Source of the DNA: Calditrichales bacterium
GTDB taxonomy: Bacteria; Calditrichota; Calditrichia; Calditrichales; J004
NCBI GenBank assembly: GCA_965267575.1
Contig: OZ254086.1
Span: forward strand, 320,001 to 384,000
Direction: 5' to 3'
DNA length: 64,000 nucleotides
Shown: positions 28,642 through 38,121 of the stretch, one piece after another
How positions within the stretch are numbered: the first letter of the stretch is position 1
Layout: every line of letters starts with the position of its first letter
Position numbers and translations under genes: made by a program
Notes under the pieces: generated by a model
Told to the model about the DNA's origin: nothing
What the model saw: the letters and a program-made list of their open reading frames with translations, nothing else
Database searches by the model: none

Positions 28642-31600
28642 TTACTTAATAAAAAGCATCTTTTTCGTAAACACCCTTTCGCCTCCGCTGTTCAGTACAG
28701 CGGTCATCCTGTAAATATAGAACCCGCTGGACAGCACAACGCCATTTCCGTTCTGTGCCTGCCAGTCGATCTTATATGTACCCGGTGCGTGATTCTCGTT
28801 TTTCATCAGTGTAACTACTTTCTGCCCCAGCGTGTTGAATACTTCCAGGGTCAGTTCGGCAGTTTCCGCCACGCTGTATTCAATGCGCGTAGACGGGTTA
28901 AACGGATTGGGATAATTCTGAGCCAGGCTGAATTTGCGCGGAACAGCATCGGCAAAATCTTCCAGATCAGACACGACGTCTTCGCTAACATGCAGCGAGA
29001 TGTCGTCTATGTTCATCCCGGATTTATCTCCGCTTGCATCCGTGATCATTCGGAAGCGAAAGGTGAAGGTGCTGTTGCCGGCATACTCATTCAGATAAAC
29101 CGTTTCTTTTTTGAAACGAGGCAGTTCCGTACCGGTATAAGACTTTATTTGCTTCCACGTTTCACCTTCATCAACAGACACCTCGAGGAGGCAGCTGTCT
29201 TTATTCTCTTCGATATTATAACGCACATAATACTCCAGCCACATCGACTTATACGGCTCAAGATCAAAGTTATATTCGTATGTCAACGGGTTATTGGCGT
29301 TATTTTCGTAGTTGCCGGACGGACTGTCATCGATGGACGCGTCGCCGCTATTTTTGAGGCCGGAAAGTCCCCAACCCTGTCCGAGGTCCCACTTGAACGT
29401 CCCGGTTTCAAAACCATCAACAACTTCAACGGTATCGATCATAAAAGAGAAAGTGTCTGAAAGAGTCGTGTTTGACATGCTGGAAGAATCTGCCACGCTA
29501 AAGAAATAAGACACCTTATCACCTTTGTCCAGCAGATTTTCGCCCGAGGCATATTCAAAACTTCCGGCATAATTGTCATCGCCCTCCGGGTTTAGCACAA
29601 CGGGCATAAAAGCGCCGTCATTTACACTGTAATTGATTGTAACGTCGTCACTGCGAATACCAATGTTATCCTGTGCTTTTACCCGGAATTGGTAGCCTTC
29701 AGGGCGCTGGCGGTTCACCGTGTTCCAATACGGTTCGCTCAAAACGGTTAACGAAGGCGGCACGGCATCCGCTCCGCTGTAGAAAGAGACGGTGCCGAAA
29801 GGTGCGGCAGAACCGTCGGCCAGCAGAGCCTGGATGAAATAGTATATTCTCTGCTCATCCTCGCGCGCCGGAATCTGTCCGGTGTAGGTATCGGTTTCGA
29901 CGCCCGGCTCCATCGTCACCGGCTGGAAAGGATGGAGGCTATCGCTGTTCCAGTATAGCGTAACGCCGGCCAGATCGCTTTCGCTGCTAACGGTAACGTT
30001 TACATCAATTGGATCAAGACTCTCTGTATCCGTAAGCGTTTCATGCTGTACGTTAAGGCCGATAAGCCAGGCAAGTGTGCGCTCCGCCAGAACTTTGCGC
30101 GGATCATCTTCCACGACTGATTCCAGGCCGCCAAAGGCGAAATAAACCAACTTATATTCGCCATCATAACGAACGGCGCCGCTCCGGCCATTACCATAAC
30201 GCAGCAGGGATTCTGATCCGTCACGCGGGATAACTTCATCCGGATATTGTTGGTCACCGGCCCGCAGATTCAGGAAAACGCTAAATTCAAGACCATCTCC
30301 AATTGGGTCACCTTCAACGCCTGTTAAGGTATTAAATGAAGAAACGTCAGCCTGGTAATCGGCTTTAAGATAGTTCTGGTAAAATGTTCTGGACGCTCCA
30401 CCGGATTCCTGGAATTCACCGCCGCCATCATCGGCGAGGTCCCAACCGATATCCTGGCCGGATATAAAAAGACGTCCACCGGCATCAAGGTAGTTGGAAA
30501 TCAATGTACGGTCCAGGCCATTAAGCGAAGGGAATGTCCATTCGCAGCTCCAGATAACAGCCGCAAATCGTTGCATTTCGCTTAAAGACAATGTGTCCAA
30601 GGACGTCTTGTTAATAAGCTTGTACGCCACATTGCCTTGTTGTAAAAAGTCTGTATAAAAACTCAGATTGCTATTCGCAATAGGGTCGCCTTCATGGTCT
30701 GCCACAACCAACACAGACGGTGAAACTGCAAAATCAAACATTATTGGTTGATTATACCCGTTGCCGTCTGAAAAAGTAACTTCAAGCTTTGTGTTGTAAG
30801 CATAGGCAGACTCATCCGCGGAAATAGTAAAATCCACAGATGTCGTATTGTTTTCCTGGTTTAAAATACCACCAACGGACGTGATCATATCCGTATTATC
30901 GTCAAGGTTAATGGGCCAATTTTCGGTCGTATTCAGGGTTGCGATAACGTTCTCCGCGTCAGCCCAGTTATTTTTCAAATAGACGCGCAGGATTGCGGTT
31001 TCACCTGGATCCAGTTTGCCGTTGTCTAAAGTTTTTCCAGCCAAATCAGTGTCAATAACACTGATGCTGTCAATGACAAATTCCGGATAACTCTGCACTG
31101 TTTCGGTTACTGCCCGGAAAGCATTTACGCGACCGGTGCCCAGTTTCTCGCGATACTGGAAATTAATACCATCTATATCATCGGCCGTTTTGCGCACTTG
31201 ATCAAACAATTCGATCACACCCAGCTCTGGCATGTGCGCCTTGACCAATCCCGCCACACTGGCCACCAGCGGTGCAGCCATGGAAGTACCCTGAAATTCT
31301 ACATACTTGTTATCGCTGTAAAAATCCGAAGGATGTACTACACTGCTCAAAATTCCTTCCTGATTCCCGTTTTGAAAATCGCCGCCGGGAGCCGATACGG
31401 TTACAAAATCTCCATATGTTGAATAATATGCCTTCTTATCTTCATTGCTTAGCGAAGCGACCGTCATAACCCACGGTTGTATGCCAAGGGCGCTCGGATT
31501 TTCATTATCACCGTTCCCAGCCGACTCAACAATAAGGACGCCTTTCAGAAAGGCATAAAAGGCCGCGTCAACGATTGCCCTGCCGGAATTGCCGGAGCTT

Positions 31601-32496
31601 TGGTTTGTAATATCGGCGCCATTGTCGGCCGCATAAACGTAAGCCTCGGCGGCAAAATCGCTTCTTACAAAACCAGTGCCCCCGGAAGAACGCCAGCCAA
31701 TGCGCAAAGGCATAACCCGCGCACCGGAAGAAACGGAAGCAATACCAAGATTGTTATTGGTATGTCCCGCGGCAATACCGGCCACATGCGTACCATGACC
31801 GCCAAAATCCATGGGGTCATTGTCCTGCTCATCAGCATCTTCCTTCGGATCTGCGCCGCTAATACCACGCACAAAGTCCCAGCCTCGAATATCATCAACG
31901 AAACCGTTTTCATCATCATCAATGCCGTTCCCGGCGATTTCATCATCGTTTACCCAAATGACGCCGCTCAAATCTTCATGGTCCCAATCGACCCCGGAAT
32001 CAATTATGCCGATTACCACATCCGACGAGCCGAAACCGCTATCCCAGGCTTCTGGCGCTTTTACCTGTGGCAGGTGAAACAGCGAAGAATATCGCGTATC
32101 GTTCGGCTCGGCATCGAATTCGTCAATGTAAACAGGTTCCGCATATTCAACATCAGGCCGCTTGTTCAAATCATTTACGATTCTTTCAATATCCTCAGTC
32201 TCAGAGACAGTCATCACTTTTACATTTTCGAGGTTAAGACGAAAAGCCAGCTCTTTATCTTTAACATCCTTAAATACTTGTTCCGTTTGCTGTACGCCAT
32301 ATTGTGCCTGAACTTCACTCTGGGCCTGATTGTTACTTTTCTGCAGAAAATGGTCTCGCTTAAATTTTACAATAAATTTGCCCGGCACGTACTTCTTACC
32401 GTCTGCCGTAACACCCGCATCTGAGTTTTGTGCGGAAGCACCAAAAACAAACAAAGGCAGCATTAAAACGATAAAGTAAAGAACTAACTTTCTCAT
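28642..32496 (-). CDS. Secreted S8 (subtilisin-like) serine protease, multidomain, with sorting tail
   Basis: Catalytic triad motifs [31 protein letters not shown] tail. Start moved to MRKLVLY at 32496 after AAGGAG. Confidence 0.93.
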   Translation of the reverse strand: MRKLVLYFIVLMLPLFVFGASAQNSDAGVTADGKKYVPGKFIVKFKRDHFLQKSNNQAQSEVQAQYGVQQTEQVFKDVKDKELAFRLNLENVKVMTVSETEDIERIVNDLNKRPDVEYAEPVYIDEFDAEPNDTRYSSLFHLPQVKAPEAWDSGFGSSDVVIGIIDSGVDWDHEDLSGVIWVNDDEIAGNGIDDDENGFVDDIRGWDFVRGISGADPKEDADEQDNDPMDFGGHGTHVAGIAAGHTNNNLGIASVSSGARVMPLRIGWRSSGGTGFVRSDFAAEAYVYAADNGADITNQSSGNSGRAIVDAAFYAFLKGVLIVESAGNGDNENPSALGIQPWVMTVASLSNEDKKAYYSTYGDFVTVSAPGGDFQNGNQEGILSSVVHPSDFYSDNKYVEFQGTSMAAPLVASVAGLVKAHMPELGVIELFDQVRKTADDIDGINFQYREKLGTGRVNAFRAVTETVQSYPEFVIDSISVIDTDLAGKTLDNGKLDPGETAILRVYLKNNWADAENVIATLNTTENWPINLDDNTDMITSVGGILNQENNTTSVDFTISADESAYAYNTKLEVTFSDGNGYNQPIMFDFAVSPSVLVVADHEGDPIANSNLSFYTDFLQQGNVAYKLINKTSLDTLSLSEMQRFAAVIWSCEWTFPSLNGLDRTLISNYLDAGGRLFISGQDIGWDLADDGGGEFQESGGASRTFYQNYLKADYQADVSSFNTLTGVEGDPIGDGLEFSVFLNLRAGDQQYPDEVIPRDGSESLLRYGNGRSGAVRYDGEYKLVYFAFGGLESVVEDDPRKVLAERTLAWLIGLNVQHETLTDTESLDPIDVNVTVSSESDLAGVTLYWNSDSLHPFQPVTMEPGVETDTYTGQIPAREDEQRIYYFIQALLADGSAAPFGTVSFYSGADAVPPSLTVLSEPYWNTVNRQRPEGYQFRVKAQDNIGIRSDDVTINYSVNDGAFMPVVLNPEGDDNYAGSFEYASGENLLDKGDKVSYFFSVADSSSMSNTTLSDTFSFMIDTVEVVDGFETGTFKWDLGQGWGLSGLKNSGDASIDDSPSGNYENNANNPLTYEYNFDLEPYKSMWLEYYVRYNIEENKDSCLLEVSVDEGETWKQIKSYTGTELPRFKKETVYLNEYAGNSTFTFRFRMITDASGDKSGMNIDDISLHVSEDVVSDLEDFADAVPRKFSLAQNYPNPFNPSTRIEYSVAETAELTLEVFNTLGQKVVTLMKNENHAPGTYKIDWQAQNGNGVVLSSGFYIYRMTAVLNSGGERVFTKKMLFIK

Positions 32497-32506
32497 AAGG
32501 GACTCC

Positions 32507-33868
32507 TTATCTATGAACCTGAATTTTTTCTTCCCACGAGGGATCCTGTAATTCACCTATCTTTGTTGAGTGCAGAAGTGTCATTTCGGAGTAGCTATAT
32601 AGTTCGGCAAATACAAAAATAACACCGCCTTCGATATTGAAATAATTCCATATCTCATATGGCTTTCTAAATGAACGATTGGGATATCTTTCAACTTCAT
32701 TGGGCTCACCATAGATGCAAAAAACGCGTCCACGATCTGTTTGCCAACCCTCTTTACCCATGGTGTTAAACCGTTTATTAGCGATTTCTATTCTCTGAAA
32801 ATATTCATATTTAAACCTGTTAATCGCAGGATCGCCGTCATTATCTCTTCTTTTCCAGAATTCGTCTAGAAAAGATCGCTTAGCCTCGACGCCTTGCAAT
32901 CCTTTCCACACTGAAATTTCAGCAGAAGTGGCGATATAAACGCACATACTAAAAACTTCATCAAGCTGGTTTTCCGTCATTTGTGAATATTCAGAATGGA
33001 AGGCGTATTTTTGTTGGTTTCCCGTCGTGTCAACAACGCCGGGATTATAGATGGTAAAACGCTTAAAGCTCGTAGCCTGTTTGTTTGCTTCTTCGTCTTT
33101 TAACGATATCTTCATTTGGTAGCTGCCGGTTTCAAAACCGGAAACGTTAATGGCCTGCACAAACGGAACGGCCGTCAGTTTTGATGACACCTTTCTTTCG
33201 CGTTTGTAAACACTTATCCCAAACTGATTTTCAATACTGTAGCCGACCGTAAGATACTCGGATTTGCTGCCGCGACTGAGGTTATAAAGCTCCGTATAAA
33301 AATAGAGGACAGGCAGGTCCTGCCCGTAAATACCACTGGTATTGGGAACTACTTCATAATTGTTTTTACTAAAGATCGTTTTACTGGCTGGATTGGATTT
33401 GTCCAGGGATGAGGCAAATTGAATGTCACTTACAGAAAAGAGCTTTTCGTTAAGACCATCGATATTAAATACAAAAGAAATACTATCTGTTGCCCCTTTT
33501 GAATTTAAGTCTTCCGCCCTGAGCTCACAGATATACTGCCCTTCGGGAAAAGAAAACTTCAGAATCCCGGTTAGAGCATCGCTTTCATTCTTCGACTGTG
33601 AAAAAACATATTTTTTATTAAGAAGAGCGATTTTGTCATTTCTGGAAAAAAACTTTACCAGAAGACCACCCTCAATAAGTGTATCATTTTCGGAAATTTC
33701 GGAAGTCATTCCTTCATGGTAAAACGTAAAGTATAATTCCAGTCTGCCGGTCGAATCACTCTCCCCAAAGCGGGCAGCATCAAAATCCGCATCAAAATTC
33801 TGAGCGCTAAGCTGATGCGCAAACAATGATAGCATGCAAGCTATTATACAATAAGACAGTTTATTCAT
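32507..33868 (-). CDS. GWxTD domain-containing exported protein
   Basis: Signal peptide; FWKRRD, RIEIANKRF, EGWQTDRGRVFCIYGEP, YEIWNY. Start moved to ATG 33868, downstream of the terminator hairpin. Confidence 0.9.
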   Translation of the reverse strand: MNKLSYCIIACMLSLFAHQLSAQNFDADFDAARFGESDSTGRLELYFTFYHEGMTSEISENDTLIEGGLLVKFFSRNDKIALLNKKYVFSQSKNESDALTGILKFSFPEGQYICELRAEDLNSKGATDSISFVFNIDGLNEKLFSVSDIQFASSLDKSNPASKTIFSKNNYEVVPNTSGIYGQDLPVLYFYTELYNLSRGSKSEYLTVGYSIENQFGISVYKRERKVSSKLTAVPFVQAINVSGFETGSYQMKISLKDEEANKQATSFKRFTIYNPGVVDTTGNQQKYAFHSEYSQMTENQLDEVFSMCVYIATSAEISVWKGLQGVEAKRSFLDEFWKRRDNDGDPAINRFKYEYFQRIEIANKRFNTMGKEGWQTDRGRVFCIYGEPNEVERYPNRSFRKPYEIWNYFNIEGGVIFVFAELYSYSEMTLLHSTKIGELQDPSWEEKIQVHR

Positions 33869-33892
33869 CGTGCTTTCGTTAAAGTAATCCCT

Positions 33893-33924
33893 AAAAAAAA
33901 ATAGCCCCACGTGGGGGCTATTTT
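33893..33924 (-). terminator. Rho-independent terminator between the PorV-family gene and the GWxTD gene
   Basis: Minus strand AAAATAGCCCC-CACGT-GGGGCTATTTTTTTTT. Confidence 0.85.
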
Positions 33925-33940
33925 CAATATCACCAATAGA

Positions 33941-34966
33941 TTAATATGATAATTTCAACGAAAAGATGTTGTTATTATCAAAATAATCCGTAACCTGGCG
34001 GAAGGCGTAATCGATATAAAGATTGAAATCGCCTATACCGTATTTAATACCGGCACCGGCCGAGAAACCGTAAATACTTTCTGCATCAAGATCGGTAACC
34101 GTATTGTAACCGGCTCTTAAAAAGACCATATCATTATAGCCAAATTCTAAGCCACCCAGAATCTCATCATAATAATCATTATTATTTGAAAACGCTGCGT
34201 TTGCCCGTACGTTGGCTACTTCAGACAGGTCATACTTATAGCTAAGGCCGAATCCAAACACGGACGGTATCTCAGAGTCTTGTGCTATTGCACGGAAATA
34301 ACCATTCTCCGCATTAGGTCCCGCGTTGGGTATGCGAGCTTCCCTTTCAAGGTTGCGGCCGTCATACTGAAGCTTGGTACCAACGTTTTTCATGGCTACG
34401 CCAAAACGGAAATTCTCGTTAAAGATATACTGAACCCCAAAATCGATGGCCATTGCCGTACCGCCTGTCTGCATGATTTCTTCACTGACATACTTACCGG
34501 TAACACCAGCGATAATCCTGTCAGTAAGGAATCTTGAGTAGGTCAAACCAACAACAAAAAACGTTGGTGAATATGTACGGCCTGTTCCATCGGGCTGATC
34601 AACGGTCGTTTCTTCAATATCTCCGAAGTCGAGACTTTGGATATGAAAACCGAATGTTCCTAATCCCGTTGAAGCAAGTGTAGCACCCAGGTAGTTTTGC
34701 TTAATGTCCGCAATATACGCGGTATTACTAAACATCACTTCAGAGTTGGTAGAAGCTGCAATACCCGCGGGATTCCAGTGAATGGCCTCAACACCTTGTG
34801 CAGAGGCTATAGCGCTGTTACCCATAGAGATAGAACGGGCGCCAATTGGCAAAAGCAACTGGGTCGCCGCGGTCGTACCAACGCGGTCAATGTCTCCGGC
34901 ATGGCCAACAGCTATCATTAAAAATGATAACGAAAGGCACGCCAATACTTTTTTATACTTTTTCAT
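33941..34966 (-). CDS. PorV/PorQ-family outer-membrane beta-barrel protein
   Basis: GTTAATQLLLPIGARSISMG, HWNPAGIA, FLRAGY, GFSAGAG, IDYAF, terminal SLKLSY. Likely start MKKYKK at 34966. Confidence 0.85.
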   Translation of the reverse strand: MKKYKKVLACLSLSFLMIAVGHAGDIDRVGTTAATQLLLPIGARSISMGNSAIASAQGVEAIHWNPAGIAASTNSEVMFSNTAYIADIKQNYLGATLASTGLGTFGFHIQSLDFGDIEETTVDQPDGTGRTYSPTFFVVGLTYSRFLTDRIIAGVTGKYVSEEIMQTGGTAMAIDFGVQYIFNENFRFGVAMKNVGTKLQYDGRNLEREARIPNAGPNAENGYFRAIAQDSEIPSVFGFGLSYKYDLSEVANVRANAAFSNNNDYYDEILGGLEFGYNDMVFLRAGYNTVTDLDAESIYGFSAGAGIKYGIGDFNLYIDYAFRQVTDYFDNNNIFSLKLSY

Positions 34967-35007
34967 AGTCTTTCCCTCACATATATGACTTATGTAGATG
35001 TTCATGA

Positions 35008-38000
35008 TTAGTAACGATCGATTCGTTCTTCTCTTTGAACAATACCGAACTTAAGAACCTTGTTACCTACTCCCGGTACTTCAATATGCGCAATATACAT
35101 GCCCGACGATACTTTCAGTCCGGCTTCATTGCGAAGATCCCAGGAGACCTCATTACGTTCACCGTTTTTCTTGATCGTTTTAACCAACTGACCGGCCAGG
35201 TTAAATATCCGGATCGTGGCGACCTGATCAATATGAGTGAATTTGATTACAGGTGTGTCATAGCTCGATTCATAAGAACTGTATGCGAAATAAGGATTAG
35301 GAACTACTCGAGCGCTCTCAAGAACATCTTTTCTTTGCTGAACCGACAATTCTTCGCCAAGGACAGCAGATGAAAAGCTGAATACATCAGCATCTGAATT
35401 AACGAAAGTAGGAGTAATCGTTAATTCGTTTACGTTCGTTTGTGGTTCCTTACCCTCTGCAGCTACAAGGTTAAGAGCAAGATAGGCATCGTTAATACCA
35501 TTGCTTGCGTAATCAATAGTCGTATCATAGCTGGTGGTCGTTAAAAGCATTACAGTATTATTACCGGAAGAGAAAGGTATATCTCCCCTGATAGAGTTGA
35601 AAATGATATTCAACTTGCGAGGATTGTCCGGATCAGATATGTCAAAAGCGCTGACAGGAATCTGAGCAATATCCTGGAATCTGTTATAGTTCGGAGAAGC
35701 AGACCTATACCAGAATCCTTTGGATGTTAACGAGGTGTCGATAACAACCCGTACTGGGAAATAATCGTCACGCATGACAGAGTCTGCCAGATCAGGAAAG
35801 GCATATTTGGCATAGTTTACGCCACCATTAAAGGTTTTAAACTCACCAAGCGGACTTGTATCAGCCCCACGACCTTCAACCCAAACCGAGTCTGCTGCAG
35901 AGGCTTCAACATTTTTGATGCTGTCTATCTGGTTATAAACGCGAACAGACATTCCATCAACGATTGGGAAGTTCCACTCATCACCTTCCGTACCTTGTAC
36001 AAAGATGCTGTCGAGAACAACCATATTGTCCGTGGTATTTGTAATTTTCCAGAATTCGCCGTTACCGAAGAATGAAATTTCATAATTATCACCGGTTAGC
36101 GCTTCATGGTCGACAACAGATACCTGAACAAATCCTTCACTATTACCGGAAGGATGATCTATACCAGCCTGACTGCTATTGATATCGCGGAAAGGCTTGA
36201 ACGTTGACCCACCAGGTCTTGCGGTGAAGAACCCGGAAGTTCTGCTGGGCTGTAAGAAGCCACCTGCTAATGTAAAATACCAATCATTTTCAACACTGGT
36301 AGTAAGCGTATTCTTCGCAACGTGATTTACATCCATACTAAATGGAATAACGGCAAAATAATACTCTTTGCCATTTACCAGCGGACCGCCATCCGGATCA
36401 AATGCGTCTGTTTCAACCGTGTAACGGAAGTTTCGCGAATTTTCGTCTGCATATTTCGCAGGATCCAGATTATTCTGACCTGTCCATACACGAATCCGGC
36501 CCTGCTTGGTATCCTCGTATAAATCACCATACTGGTTCTTAAGGTCAAACTGAGCAATAGCTTTAGCGTTTTCGATACCATTCACCTGGTTACTTACGTT
36601 GGGTGAGTTAAACTGGTAGATCGTAAAACCTTCCCAAACCTGACGATTTAAGAGCTTATCTGTTACATCATAATCAAACCAGGGTTTAAGGTCGAGAACG
36701 ATATCAACTTTATTATCCAGATTACGCACTTCGTAGCTTGCTGCTGGCGGCGGACCTGCAACAAAGAAGTTAGCATTATATGCTGTTTGAGCAATAAGGT
36801 CTTCTTCTTTAAGCAAACTAACACTATTAAGAGCGTTATTACCCTGTGCAACGATATAAGCAATAACGACGTCTTGTGTATCATTAGCAGCCAACTGGAA
36901 AGGGCCGGAGTTGACCATAAAGCGCTTGTCATCAGGCGGATCATCAAGCCAACCGGTACCAGTTACAGGGTCACCGCTGTAAAGAAATCTCGGATCCGTA
37001 TCGGCTGTAGCACCCGTTCCGAAACCAAAGGTTACAGGATTAATACGCGCCCCGGTACGATCAACACCACCAACCTGGTAGTTACGCGCTTCAGAGGCAT
37101 CATTCGGGTCACCAATTGTTGGGTGACTTTGAATGTAATACATGAAAGACGTCAAGCCCAGGTTACGCATATCAGGAAGCGTGTCGATACCCAGGAAAGG
37201 TCCACGATACAAAAAGGCTGTATCACCAGGAGCGTCAACAACAGGACCCTGGAAAAAGTCCAGCCCAAAAGCGGGTGGGTTAGGGCCGTAGTTGCCATCG
37301 TCACCATCATTATAAATAAAGCCAAGGCTAAGCAACGTATCGCAGCCAATTAGATCATCACGATAGTCGCCGAGGTCAGGGTCCATAACGGCGGAAAAGA
37401 TAAAATCTTCGATATCAGTTCCACCCTGGTTAATTAAGCGGTAACGAATAAACACTACATCACCAAGGGCATCACCTCGGTCAAAACCCCAAAGCTGCTG
37501 ATGAACTTCAATACCCATTGGTTGTGTTTGCAACCGCTGACGTTCGTTAGCTGTACTTCCGTCATTAAAAACAGTCCAAATTATCTTATCACCAATCAAG
37601 TCAGGGCGGTCGACATTAGGATCATATTGTCCGTCACCATTCAGATCCTGAAAATCCGCGCCAAGCTCAACGGCGGTCGCCCAGTCCTGATAGGCAGCGC
37701 TGCCAAAATCATCATCCTTAGTAACGATGTAGAATTTCGCCCTGGCATCATCAGGATCCATGCCCCATTTACCAGGCACAAACTCTTCGATCCTTGAAGC
37801 CGAAATGGTCCAAGCGGTACGCAAGTCACCATCAACGTAACCGGACGCACCAATACCACCGGCAAAAAGGAAGGAGAGGCCTGAGCCTTTGGGATAAAAG
37901 CTATCTCCATCCTGGCCCGTGCTTCCTGCGTTATTCAAGGCCAAGTCTACTTTATTCACATCCATCCTTGTCACCAGGCCGATTGTACCTGGCTTTTGCA

Positions 38001-38091
38001 AAGCCACAACGTTATCGATAACAGCATCTGCGCCGAAACCGAAATGCAGCAATAGCAATGTTACCACAATTGATTTTAAAAAGTTTTTCAT
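35008..38091 (-). CDS. Large secreted protein of unknown function with variant sorting tail (TBDR partner)
   Basis: Signal peptide; DPDLGD..DDLIGCD, GPF-L, tail VVPNPY...IRIFNLAGQLV...WDLRNEAG..VSSGMYI. ATG 38091 follows GAGGTGA. Confidence 0.8.
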   Translation of the reverse strand: MKNFLKSIVVTLLLLHFGFGADAVIDNVVALQKPGTIGLVTRMDVNKVDLALNNAGSTGQDGDSFYPKGSGLSFLFAGGIGASGYVDGDLRTAWTISASRIEEFVPGKWGMDPDDARAKFYIVTKDDDFGSAAYQDWATAVELGADFQDLNGDGQYDPNVDRPDLIGDKIIWTVFNDGSTANERQRLQTQPMGIEVHQQLWGFDRGDALGDVVFIRYRLINQGGTDIEDFIFSAVMDPDLGDYRDDLIGCDTLLSLGFIYNDGDDGNYGPNPPAFGLDFFQGPVVDAPGDTAFLYRGPFLGIDTLPDMRNLGLTSFMYYIQSHPTIGDPNDASEARNYQVGGVDRTGARINPVTFGFGTGATADTDPRFLYSGDPVTGTGWLDDPPDDKRFMVNSGPFQLAANDTQDVVIAYIVAQGNNALNSVSLLKEEDLIAQTAYNANFFVAGPPPAASYEVRNLDNKVDIVLDLKPWFDYDVTDKLLNRQVWEGFTIYQFNSPNVSNQVNGIENAKAIAQFDLKNQYGDLYEDTKQGRIRVWTGQNNLDPAKYADENSRNFRYTVETDAFDPDGGPLVNGKEYYFAVIPFSMDVNHVAKNTLTTSVENDWYFTLAGGFLQPSRTSGFFTARPGGSTFKPFRDINSSQAGIDHPSGNSEGFVQVSVVDHEALTGDNYEISFFGNGEFWKITNTTDNMVVLDSIFVQGTEGDEWNFPIVDGMSVRVYNQIDSIKNVEASAADSVWVEGRGADTSPLGEFKTFNGGVNYAKYAFPDLADSVMRDDYFPVRVVIDTSLTSKGFWYRSASPNYNRFQDIAQIPVSAFDISDPDNPRKLNIIFNSIRGDIPFSSGNNTVMLLTTTSYDTTIDYASNGINDAYLALNLVAAEGKEPQTNVNELTITPTFVNSDADVFSFSSAVLGEELSVQQRKDVLESARVVPNPYFAYSSYESSYDTPVIKFTHIDQVATIRIFNLAGQLVKTIKKNGERNEVSWDLRNEAGLKVSSGMYIAHIEVPGVGNKVLKFGIVQREERIDRY

Positions 38092-38121
38092 GAATATCAC
38101 CTCTTCAAGATTCGACTAAAT

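Noticed and set aside
31477-32424. 315-aa plus-strand ORF
   Set aside because: Antisense to the S8 catalytic domain.
33869-33910. N-terminal extension of the GWxTD ORF in the ORF track (similar over-extensions at 32556, 45499, 19807, 5758)
   Set aside because: The extensions run through a terminator or a neighbouring gene, or precede a better start; downstream ATGs give proper signal peptides.
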